A stretch of 63,996 nt of DNA, filler included, from Conidiobolus incongruus B7586 (taxonomy: Eukaryota): NCBI GenBank assembly GCA_000697335.1. It is 28 parts of 28 records of this genome, joined end to end, with 100 filler letters (N's around TTAATTAATTAA, not from the genome) between each part and the next. Parts side by side here need not be neighbours in the genome. Positions count along the whole stretch, not along the records: positions 52,225 to 54,125 come from JNEM01000929.1; positions 54,226 to 55,944 come from JNEM01000930.1; positions 56,045 to 57,598 come from JNEM01000931.1; positions 57,699 to 59,154 come from JNEM01000932.1; positions 59,255 to 60,797 come from JNEM01000933.1; positions 60,898 to 62,800 come from JNEM01000934.1; positions 62,901 to 63,996 come from JNEM01000961.1; 21 more parts are not named here. One strand, 5' to 3'. The position numbers and the translations under genes were made by a program. The notes beneath the pieces are model-generated. The model had not been told where the DNA came from. It worked only from the letters and a program-made list of their open reading frames with translations, and made no database searches. Below, piece after piece: positions 52,125-63,996 of the stretch (the stretch's first letter is position 1; every line of letters begins with the position of its first letter).

Positions 52125-54269
52125 NNNNNNNNNNNNNNNNNNNNNNNNNNNNNNNNNNNNNNNNNNNNTTAATTAATTAANNNNNNNNNNNNNNNNNNNN
52201 NNNNNNNNNNNNNNNNNNNNNNNNAAAAATATTGAAATTTCAATAATATCATTTTAAACCATCTTAATTATCTTTTAATTTAAAAAGTTTAGTAAATTAT
52301 TAAAATATTTATAAACTATATAGAGAAATTATTTAATTTATTTAATTGTTATTAAGGCTATTAAAAATATTTTATATGCTTGGCTCCAATAGCTAAGAAT
52401 AATATTCACCTATATTATTAAATAAATGCAAAAATAAAATAATAGAAATAATTTTATATAATAAGTATAATTTGTAACTTGAACCTAAAAATCTTTTAAT
52501 TATAGAAATAGAATATAAAATATAAAATCAAAAAAAGTCAAATTTATAAAGGGAGAATAGTCTTTAGTTATAGTAATTTTGGGTGGAGTTAGCAAAGTCC
52601 CCAACTCCACAGTTTATATTTGTAATTGTTATTTTGCAGTTATTCTTTAAATTCAGTATTAAAATAATGTTTAATATAATTTATTATTTTTAAAAGATAT
52701 TTTGCTCGAATTAACACCTCGAATAAAATTGAGCATATATATATATATATATAATAATTATAAGCAGGATATTAATATAAATATGCAATATAATATATTA
52801 AATATTTATATTACATTGTGACTGAAATCTGAGGTTCAATTAAATCTTCAAAATTTATGATAGTTGGATTATATCAAATTATTATATTGCAATATATTTT
52901 AACTTTCATTAATAATTTAATTATTTAAAATATTTATTGAAATAGTAGTAATTTAACAATTATTAATATAAAAAGTAAATAAATCAGTTTCAATAATTTA
53001 ATTGAAGTATATTCAAATATTACTAATATATATATGTTCTGAAAAATAATAAGAATAATGAAACTTATACTCTTTCTAATTCATAAATCATTAATTAGAA
53101 ATAATCAAAATATTATTAAAATTTTACTAGTTAGAATCTTTGACAATTAAAGAAATCTGTATTAAATTTTAATGAACAAAATAGTATTAATTTTTAAATA
53201 TTAAAAACATCAAAGAAGAAATAATACATTCTCTAGAGTCAAGTTTGTAATATATTTTAACTTGATTGAATTAATATAACTTTTCCAATTATCAACAATG
53301 AGATTTTGACATAATAAATAACATTCAATATATAAATATATTTTATATATCAAGGATTAGAATATGAAATTGAAAATTTTAATCATGATCAACATTAATA
53401 TATTGTTTAAAATAAACTATTTTGAATTAAAATATTTAATTCAACTCGTGATTAAAAATTTTTATCTAAGTCTGCTATGTCTCATAAGACAAGGAAATGT
53501 TTTGATAATTTTTAAAAAATTAATAAAATTTTTATTTTAATTATTAATTAATTTTAATCCTTTAAGATGTTATAAAAGCTGATAAGATTAATATTAAACC
53601 AAAAAAGTATTTAAAAAACTTTATTAATTTAATCAAAATTACTATTATTATTACTTTTTTTAATTTATAAGATAAAAATATTACAAACACCTAATTAATC
53701 CAAGTATTTAAATTGCGGTGATATTTTAGATTCAAAATAATACTTAAATGAAGTATAAAAAAATAAATTAATCAATTAATTAATAAATTTATCATCAATA
53801 ATTCTCCAGTATTTTTTATTTAATTATTCATATAATTTTTTTGTGTTTTAAATTTATTAATTTGTTTTAATTATTAAAAAGTTAATAAAATTATTAATTT
53901 GAATTAAGTTGATATAATACTGATAGAAAATTTATTTAATATATAATGATTTTTAATATATATATATATATATATACATTATAATAAAATGATTAACATT
54001 TATATAAATAATTTTTATTTTATTTAAATTAATTCCGATGAATTACTAATAATTATTTTGATTTTAATATTTTGATTTTTAAGTTGCATAAATTTATGTT
54101 ATTTTTATATTAATCTTTAATTTTTNNNNNNNNNNNNNNNNNNNNNNNNNNNNNNNNNNNNNNNNNNNNTTAATTAATTAANNNNNNNNNNNNNNNNNNN
54201 NNNNNNNNNNNNNNNNNNNNNNNNNAATTTATATTTAAATATCTATATTTAAATAATCGTTATATATAA

Positions 54270-55570
54270 TTATTAATATGAAAATTAAAAATTAGTAAAT
54301 TTTTTAATTTCTAATCTTTTAAACATATTAAATATTTTAAATAATTTTTTTGATATACAATATATAGAAAGATAAAAATTTTCAAACTATAAATTTATAT
54401 ATTCGATTTTAACTATTTTTTTTAATAAAATATATTGATTTTGAAATTTATACTTAAATTTAATCATGCTCAAATTAATTTATGATAATCAAAATATTCT
54501 TATTTTTTTTATTTTCAAAACTTAACCATAAATCCTCTAAAATCATCAAACTCTTGCAATCAACTTATAAGGATGATGATTTATCTAAAATAACCATATA
54601 TCACTTGATTTGTGATTTTAAATCTAAAAGGGATATTATGGAAAATTTATCAAAATCTAAAAAACCAATTTCTATTATTAATCTTTTATTTAATAATAAA
54701 ATAAAAAAATATATTAAAAAATATCCTTTTATTTTTACTAAAAAACTATCAAATTAATTTAATATTAATTATATAACCAAGTTATATTTACTTAAGTTTG
54801 AATTTGGATTATTTAATGAAAATTCAAAGTAAATATCTTATAATTTAACAAAAGCCCAAAAAAATTAAAATAGCTATAACTAAACTAAACTTATTAAGGT
54901 ATAACTAAATATAAAGATTTTTACAGCAAATAGTTGCAATTGATTAATTTTGGATTCTTTTATTTAATCTTACCTAAAAATAAAACAAGATGTTAGGTTA
55001 AGCCAAATCAATCTTTTTTATAAATTTCAATAAACAAGCATTGTAAATATATGCAAATATTAATTATTATAATGGATTATAATGCTATATGGTCTTTTTT
55101 TTAATAACTGAAGGAAAATCAATTAATAATAAATTATTATTATTTTTTTTAAATTAAAATAGTTTTTAAATGGTATTTATAATTTAAATTAAAAATATCT
55201 ATTATTTTGTATAATAATTGTAAAATATTTAAAACTAAAGCAATAAAAGATATTTTAAATAAAAATAAATAAAAAGAATTACCATATTTAATATATTCAC
55301 CAGATTAAAATTTATATAATTATAATTATTTTGGATAAATTAAAAAACAATTTGCAGGAAAAAAATTCCTACAAAAAAAATCAAATTAATTTATAAATTA
55401 TCAAATATTAGTTCTCAATAAAAAGAACTATTTTTTAGATATTAGAAGTTTACCAGAAATATGGAAAAAATTATCAATAATAAAACAAGCTATTAATTTT
55501 ATATTATTATTTAATTTCTATATATTATTTTTTAGTTTATTATTTAATTTTAATTATAATATTATGTTAT
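54270..55570 (+). mobile_element. mariner family B copy (more diverged)
   Basis: ORF 54482-54757 encodes the HTH region (LSKITIYHLICDFKSKRDIMENLSKSKKP). The copy retains IVAID and YSPD (tattcaccagat, about 55294). Confidence 0.85.
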
Positions 55571-55769
55571 TACTTAATTTCTATATTAATAATAAAAAGT
55601 TCAAATATAAAAAAATTATTTTAATATTTATTATAATATTACTAAATTTAATTAAATAATAATATATCAATATTAAAAAGTGATATATATTTATTAATAT
55701 AACAAATTATAAAATAATTCACTAATTATTATTAAAATCTATATTTAAATTTAAAATAATAAAATATAT

Positions 55770-55944
55770 TTATTATTTTGCAATAAAGGCATAAAATCAA
55801 AATAATATATATAATTATTCTTAACTAAAAGAATATTTATAAAACTATCTTAAATTAAATTATAAGTTCATGATTAATAATATTATAATAATAAAAATTT
55901 ATTTGAATATATTTAGTTAATTATTAGTTAAAATATTAGCCTTA
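55770..55944 (+). mobile_element. 5' terminal fragment of Tc1 family A
   Basis: Colinear with 28065-28238 (..ttattagttaaaatattagcctta). Confidence 0.55.
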
Positions 55945-56044
55945 NNNNNNNNNNNNNNNNNNNNNNNNNNNNNNNNNNNNNNNNNNNNTTAATTAATTAA
56001 NNNNNNNNNNNNNNNNNNNNNNNNNNNNNNNNNNNNNNNNNNNN

Positions 56045-57598
56045 GATTTATATAATTTGGTTAAAATTATAGCCTTAAAATTAATAAAATATACTAAGCT
56101 ATAGTAGAGAAAATATATTAAAGATATATTTAATATAATTAATAATATCTTTAATTAAGAAAGAATCTAGTAATTTGAATAATTTAAACAAATATTTAAG
56201 CTTTATTTTATTTATCAGATATAGTTATTATTATTAAAAACAAATTAGCCAAGTTAAAATAAAAAAATATAATATAATAATTAATAAAACAATTTAATTA
56301 AACTAAGACCTTTAGATCTCTTAAAAAATAAAAAAACAATAATTTTAAAAGATATCTTAAAAAATAAATATACTTAACAATCATCAATAAAATAAATTTA
56401 AAATTAGTTAAATTATTATATTAATTAAAATAATAATTAAAATTGAAAATAATTTAAATTAATTTAAAATAAAATAAAAATATAATAATAATAATAATTA
56501 TATTAATAATTAGAATACTAAGTTAACCAATTTAAATATAATAGATATATTTAATATTTAATATAATAATAAGTTAATATTACAGAAAAAAGCTAATATA
56601 ATAAAAAATAAAGGATACTTATAATATAAAAATTAATCAACTATATTCTTATTTTAAGATATATTATAAAAATCTTAATTTAAGAAAATATGAAAGTAAT
56701 AATATTATAACAATTATAGTAAGGAATAATAACTATTACATTAATTATCATGTTTCTACCCAATTAATCCCTAAATATTTATCTTTTATATTAGTTTACC
56801 TATAATTTACCTTTTATATTATTTTTTTTAAATTGATCTATTTTTATCCTAATATCAAGGAAAGGGGAAATATAACAAGGATCTATCTATTCATCTATCT
56901 ATCTAATTATCTATTTACCTATTTATCTAAAGAAAACTAACTCTAAGTTTTAATAAAAACTTCCAATAAAGCTCCATATAACTAGGCCTTAACTTTATAA
57001 TTTATCTATATTTTAACTTAATTCAATATAATTATCTTAGTTTCTAGTATTAGAATAATATACTAGTAATTAAATTAATGAAAAATTAAAAGAAATTAAG
57101 AATATAGGTGTTAAACCACATAATTATAAAACTATATCTTAAATAACTAAAATTAAAAAAAATAATTATTTAGAAATTAACTTAAGTTTTAATATAAATA
57201 TTAATTCTTATCATATTAATCTTGATGAAGAATCAACTAGTTTTTTATAAATATTTAAAGATATTTTTAATGGAAAATTAATATATATTTTATTTAATTT
57301 CGGTTATATTAGAATAATAATTAACTAGTTATTAGTAAAATTATTAGATTAAAAATACTAATAAACTAATATTATATTAAATTATATTAACAACATATCT
57401 TAAACATCTTCTAATATTTTTTTGCTATTATTTTACTAACCTTAAATTATGAACAAAAAGCTTAATTTATTATAAATTTTATTAAATATAGTATTATTCT
57501 TAAAATAAAATAGTTTTAAAAATATTTCCTAATTATTATAGATAAAAAACTAAGTAACTAACATATAATTTTATTTAATTATGATAGTTTTAAAATCA
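56045..57598 (+). mobile_element. degenerate Ty3/Gypsy gag-protease fragment
   Basis: FNGKLIYILFNFGY..LLVKLL at 57266-57345 (=LFDSG aspartic protease motif after reversing transitions) and KYSIILKIK*F*KYFLII at about 57485 (=YDIILG.xW..Y.P.I). Confidence 0.55.
56746..57062 (+). mobile_element. solo LTR-like element 2, copy b (317 bp)
   Basis: TATCATG...AATATA termini (TG..CA after reversing transitions); flanks ttaat / ctagt; AATAAA at 56952 and 56965; paralogous to 50899-51217. Confidence 0.75.
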
Positions 57599-57698
57599 NN
57601 NNNNNNNNNNNNNNNNNNNNNNNNNNNNNNNNNNNNNNNNNNTTAATTAATTAANNNNNNNNNNNNNNNNNNNNNNNNNNNNNNNNNNNNNNNNNNNN

Positions 57699-59154
57699 AG
57701 ATATTAGATTATTTGAAACTATAATATATATTTAAGGTATATAGTTTGATAATAAATAAATATATTTAGATATATTTAATAAACTATTAGCAAAAATATT
57801 AAACTTTAATATTTAACCAAGATAAATCATAAATTTGTAAGTTTTTGAGTTAAAGGGATATATTTAATAATATATAACCATATCTTTTTTTGTGTTATTA
57901 TTTTATATAATATTTTACAGATATATTAAATTTTTTTATTAATATCATTATACTTAAATCCCTCTCTAAAAAAATTCATTTGTGTATGAATTAACTTTAT
58001 AAAAAAGATAAATCAACTTATAATATTATTAGAATTACTAGTGTTAGCTAGTCTATAATTGTTAAATTTATCAAAGATAATAATAAAAGCATATTTAAAC
58101 TTAAACTTAAGTATGTTAAAATTATAAATAAATATGATAAGAAGTATATTTATAGGTTAGTTAATATAGGAAAATATAGTATTATTATAGAAATATAACA
58201 GGAACTATAAAACTATATATGAATATTATTTAATACTAATATTATTATATATATATTATATTAACATAGATATTATTTATACTTTAAAAAAAACACTCTT
58301 AACTAAAAAAATCCCATTGTAAAGTTAAGTAAAAGTTTAAATATCATTATTAATATTAAATTAAAATTAATCAAAATAAGGTTATTTAATCTAATCAAAC
58401 AAAAATATATTTTAGTAAATCTAATAAAAAAGCTAAATACTTTAAAAAAGATATAGAACTATTTTGTAATTATTATGTTAATTTTACCTAAAAATATAAT
58501 AATAGGTTAATTATTATTTAAAAATATATATTATCATTAGATATAAGGTATTTTTTTAAAATTAATAGGGGAATTAATATTCAGATATATTGAAGTTTTC
58601 TAAACAATAAATTGAAAAAAACCATTGAATAATATAAGTTAAATAAATTTAATATTATTTTCTAATAAGATAATACTTTTTACTATATTATAAGTTTTAT
58701 TACCAATTAATTTAAAAATAATAAAATAATAGTTATAAAATGGCTTTTTTAATTTTCTAACCTTAATTTAATTAAATATCTTTAGGATTAGTTATAAAAA
58801 GCTATTAAAGCTTTCCCCCTAATAAAAAATTTAAATCAATTTTTAAAATATATTTAAGACACATAAAACAAGATTAACCCTTTTTAATATAAGAAGTTAG
58901 TTAATTCTATACCACATAAGTTTAAAGGAGTTAAAAAAGCTAAAAGTAGATATATTAAGCTTTGATTTTTTTTATCACCAAAAACTTATAAATTTATAAC
59001 TTATTTTAGATAAAATTTAAAAATTTATATTTTAACCAATTAATAATTAAATACTATTATTTAATAATATATAATATTAACAATTTTAATAGATTTTAAT
59101 TATTTAATTTAAGATTATTTTATTAAATATTAATTAAATTATTAGTAAAAATAA
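57699..59154 (+). mobile_element. Tc1 family A copy, uninterrupted, near full length
   Basis: Colinear with all other A copies; used as the empty-site reference. Confidence 0.88.
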
Positions 59155-60897
59155 NNNNNNNNNNNNNNNNNNNNNNNNNNNNNNNNNNNNNNNNNNNNTT
59201 AATTAATTAANNNNNNNNNNNNNNNNNNNNNNNNNNNNNNNNNNNNNNNNNNNNAAAAATAATAAAAATAAATATTGATATAATAATTTATAAATGATAT
59301 AAACCTAATATTAGTATATATTTATATATAAACTTGAATAACTAATCAAAGGTTATTAAATATCAAAATATATCCTATTATATAAATTATTTACTTGATT
59401 TACCCTATATTTAAATTTCAAAATATTAAGTTTAAAATATATCAATTTATATTTCTTTAAACCTATTGATAATATAATATATTGGATCCAAATATAAAAG
59501 AAATTTTAGTTTGAAAAATTTATAAAAAATAAAATATTAAATTAAAATTAAAACTTTTGAATTAATTATAATATAGAAAATAATATGGCTATTAATAAAG
59601 AAAAATTTATTACTCGATTTGAATAATATAATTTTTAATTAATTACTCCAAGTTTATAATATTAATAATAATAATACCTAATTTTGAATATTTAAATTTG
59701 ATACTAAAAAACAGAATTTTAAAGATTTTGTTATTAGTATTTTATTATATTATGCAAAGATATTAAATACAGAATACTTTTGATAATATTGTATTATATA
59801 GATATATTTTAAAATATATTAGTAACTTCACTTTTGAATTATGTCGTTTTAAATTGAACTGATTGGATATATATTTCTTTTAATTTTGCCAAATAAAAAT
59901 TTAATTTGATTATGATTATTTAAAAATATATTATCATTATATAGTAAAGAGTATAGTTACTATATAATATAGCCCTTGAAAATATTAAAACCATTATAAT
60001 AGTTATATTATAGTTGATATATTTGGTAAATGATAATATTATTTATTCTTTGCCATAGGTGTTTTAGTTTTGGATAATTTCTTATATTTATAGACTAAAA
60101 CAATGACTTTTTTTAAATATAGCATTTCCTTTTTTAAAGAGGTGTTTAAAGTTACATCTTTAAATCATATAACTAAACCTTTATTGATTATTTTAAATAT
60201 AAAATTTATCTTATTTATTATATTTATTATCGATAATATAATATTAGATAAATCTATAATATATGGTAAATGCTATTAAATATAAATAAGTAGAATATTA
60301 TTAAATTAATAAAATAATATTATATAAAGGTAGGAGATGATCCAAACTAGCTAATCTTGCTGCTTATAATTAACTTAGGCAGGTTTCACTTTATTTGCAA
60401 CCTTTTTGAATAAATACAAGATTAAAATATATTTGATTAAGAATATCAATAGAATTATTAATAGTAAAAATTTAATTATTATTAATATATTGAGTTTATA
60501 TTATATTTATATTAATTCATAAATATCCATAGATATTTTCGAATAATAACCTTGCAATTTAAATTCATATTTTATTAGATTAAATCAAATGAGTTTTCGA
60601 ATTTTCAACTATTATCATTAAAATATAAATTAAGTTATTAATTTTGGAGTATAATTGTTCATTTGATAAAATAAAAATTATTGAACTTTATTAAAATAAA
60701 TGAATATGGGATAAATATGTTAACCTAATATTTTTAGTTTAATTTATGCAAATATTATAGTTGATTTTATATAAAAATATTTCTATATTATATATATNNN
60801 NNNNNNNNNNNNNNNNNNNNNNNNNNNNNNNNNNNNNNNNNTTAATTAATTAANNNNNNNNNNNNNNNNNNNNNNNNNNNNNNNNNNNNNNNNNNNN

Positions 60898-61806
60898 ATT
60901 TTAATTATTAATAGAGTGAAAAAATATATTAAAAAATATGTTTTTATTTTAGTTAAAAAATTATCTAAGTACTTTAATATTAGTATTACAAGTATTTTAT
61001 ATATATTAAAGTTTAAATTTAAATTAATAAATAAATATATAAAATAAATATGTTATAATTTAACTAAAGCTTAAAAAAAGTTAGAGTAGTTATTATTAAA
61101 TAAAACTTATTAAAATATTACTAAAAGCTTAAACTTTTATAACAAATCATTATAATTGATGAATCTTAAATCTTTATATATAATTTTTTATTAAAACACA
61201 AATCAAGATGTTAGATTAAGTTAAATTAAACCTTTATCTAAATCCCTTTAAATAAATATTTTCTTAATAAACAAATATTAATCATTATAATAGATTATAA
61301 TAATAAATAATACTCTTATTTAATTTTTAAAGAAAAATCAATTAATAATAAACTTTACATTGTTTTTTTAAATAAAAGTATTTTTAATTGGTGTTCTCAA
61401 TATAATTTAAGAAAACTTATTATTTTCTATAATAATTATAAAATATATAAATTTAAAGTTATAAAAAACTTTTTAATTAAAAATAACTAGAAAAAACTAC
61501 TAAATTTAGTATACTTTTTAGATTATAACCTATGTAATTATAATTGTTTTAGGCAATTAAAAAACTAGCTTATAAGAAAGAAAATTTCTATAAGAAAATT
61601 TAATTAGTTTATAAAACATCAAATTTCAATCTTTAATAAAAAGAATTATTTTTTAAATATTAGATCTTTATTAAAAATATAGCAAAAAGTTATTAATAAT
61701 AAAAGAAACTATTAAATTTATATTATATTTTTACTTTTATATATCATATATTAAAATATCTATTTATTTTCAATCATCAAAAATTCCCATTATTAAAAAT
61801 ATAGAG
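60898..61806 (+). mobile_element. mariner family B copy, 5'-truncated
   Basis: IIDES* at about 61150, DYNLCNYNCFRQLK at about 61521, and 3' TIR aaaaattcccattattaaaaatatagagta. Confidence 0.87.
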
Positions 61807-62994
61807 TAATATTTCTTATTTTGGATGAAATATTTAATAATTTAATACTCTCTCTAATTAATTATTATTAAAGTTATTTTTCAATATTTATAAATATTTT
61901 AAGTAAATTACTATTTATATATTATAACTAAAGATCTATTATTAATATTTTGTTGAAATAATTAATAAGAACCAAGTGATAATGATTTTGGAGGATATAA
62001 AAGATCTTTATAAAATTTTTGAAAGTTAATTTAAATAAAATTTAATTTTCATTATCTCTTTGATATTTAAAACTAGATATTATATATAGCATTATCTAAA
62101 ATACGCTTTAATTGGTGAATGAATTATAATAAGTCTTGTTTTATATTTTAACGATATAAATAGTTAAAAATTATAGCTAAATTCAAATATATAGAGACTA
62201 GAAATGCAATGAATTAAAATCAAATTCGGTTGTAATTTATATAGTTATTATAACTAAAAAGGTGTAATATATATTTGCTTTTCAACCTCTCAGATATCAA
62301 ATTGATTTTACCAACCTTGTCAAACTCTAAGAGAGATATTATATTGATTTAATTTTATGAATAAAATTATTTCAGATTTTTCAATATAAGCAAAATACTA
62401 TTAGTATTTAACAAAATATTATCCTATATTATCCAAAGCTAATATTTATATTTTTTGATTAATTTTTTATTTAAATAAACAATAATATATTATTAATATT
62501 TAAAAAAATTTGCATAATTTATAAACATAATATTATTTATTAAATTATAGATAAAATTCTTTAATATTGATAAAATAGTTTATTATTGTTATATAAATTA
62601 TATAAAATTAAGGTTTTAAATTTAAAGACATATATTAATAGACAGATTTTATATTGAAATATAATATAATAGAAATATAATTCTTTTGATAGAAGAATAA
62701 TAACATTACATAGTGGGTTTATTATAGCTATATTGAATACTAAATATAAATCTATTATTATTTATAAAGATATATAAAAAAATATAATTTAAGTTTAAAT
62801 NNNNNNNNNNNNNNNNNNNNNNNNNNNNNNNNNNNNNNNNNNNNTTAATTAATTAANNNNNNNNNNNNNNNNNNNNNNNNNNNNNNNNNNNNNNNNNNNN
62901 TTAATATATATTTAAAAAATATTACACTGTTTTGAAATTCTAATATAAATTATAAATCAAAAATTATAGTTTAAATAATTATTAAAATATTTAT

Positions 62995-63996
62995 TTTTTT
63001 TAAACTTTTAAAAATAAGAATTTTTTATAATTGAAAAAAATAAATATTATAATATATTAAATAGAAAAATAAGTATATAATATAAAACTAATAGTTTTTT
63101 AGCTTTAATAACTTTTTTGTTATATTTTTGATAAGGCTTTAATATCTAAACAATAGTTCTTTTTATTAAGGACTGAAATTGATATTTTACAAACCAATTA
63201 AATTTTTTTACAGAAATTTTCTTTTTTATAAGCTAATTTGTTAATTATCTAAAACAATTATAATCACATAGGTTATAATCTAGGGAATATATTATATATG
63301 GTAGTTTTTTCAAGTTATTTTTAATTAGTAAGTTTTTTATAGCTTTAGATTTATATATTTTGCAATTATTATACAAAATAATATGTCTTCTCAAATTATA
63401 CTAAGAATATTAATTAGAAATAATTTTATTTGAAAAAATATTATAAAGTTTACTATTATTAAAATTATTTTAAAAACTAAATAAAAATAGTATATATTAT
63501 CATAATCTATTATAATAATTAATATTTATCTATCAATATAGTATTTATTTAAAAATATTTATAAAAAGGGTTGATTTAACTTTATTTAATATCATGATTT
63601 ATATTTTGATAAAGGATTATACAAAAGGGTCAAAAATTCATCAATTGTAGTATTTTATTATAAAACATTGATTTCTAACTATATCTTAGTAAGCTTTATT
63701 TAACTATAGCTATTTTAAATTTTTTTAAGCTTTAATTAAATTATAATATACTTATTTTGTATTTTTATTAATTAATTTTAATTTAAAATTTGATATAAAT
63801 AAATACTTATATAATTAATATCAAAGTAATTTGATAATTTTTTAACTAAAACAAAAAGATATTTTTTAATATATTTTTTTACTTTATTAATAATTAAAAA
63901 AAATAATAATTAAAGTTAATCTTTTAAATATTAATAATTTTAAAATAATTAATTTAGTTTTAAGATAATTTATATAAGAAAAAAAATATTAATTTA
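62995..63996 (-). mobile_element. mariner family B copy, runs off the window end
   Basis: ataatcacataggttataatctagggaata (63260-63289) reads YSLDYNLCDY on the minus strand; ttcatcaattgtag reads TIDE. Confidence 0.87.

Noticed and set aside
60321..60410. GC-richer patch after a TATA box as snRNA/snoRNA
   Set aside because: No recognisable U-snRNA, C/D or H/ACA motifs; an Rfam scan would be needed.

Overview
This window is not one locus. It is 28 short (about 1.1-3.3 kb), extremely AT-rich contigs joined by 27 identical 100-bp artificial linkers (44 N + TTAATTAATTAA + 44 N), so adjacency across linkers carries no biological meaning. The DNA is eukaryotic and probably fungal (inferred from short spliceosomal introns, a Kex2-type secretory propeptide and a fungal-type Tc1-like transposase); the lineage cannot be fixed from the sequence alone. 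Host genes are few: a small secreted His/Pro/Gly/Met-rich protein (500-856), a secreted-protein gene with an in-frame stop at codon 7 (15567-15950), a spliced 2-TM membrane protein with two PPxY motifs (18687-19425), and two paralogous maltose/galactoside O-acetyltransferase pseudogenes (24274-24948, 26575-27249). Much of the rest is a graveyard of dead, often nested transposons. These are about 13 pieces of a DD34E Tc1 family with IR/DR ends (family A), about 12 pieces of a DD34D mariner family (family B), a fungal-type Tc1-like element, a full-length two-ORF PIF/Harbinger element, a Ty3/Gypsy fragment and three solo-LTR-like families. The strongest biological signal is repeat-restricted C:G->T:A hypermutation (RIP-like). 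It hits the multi-copy sequence, including a duplicated host gene and even 5-bp target-site duplications, while unique DNA and one recent LTR-like insertion keep their CpGs. I found no CRISPR, rRNA or convincing tRNA.
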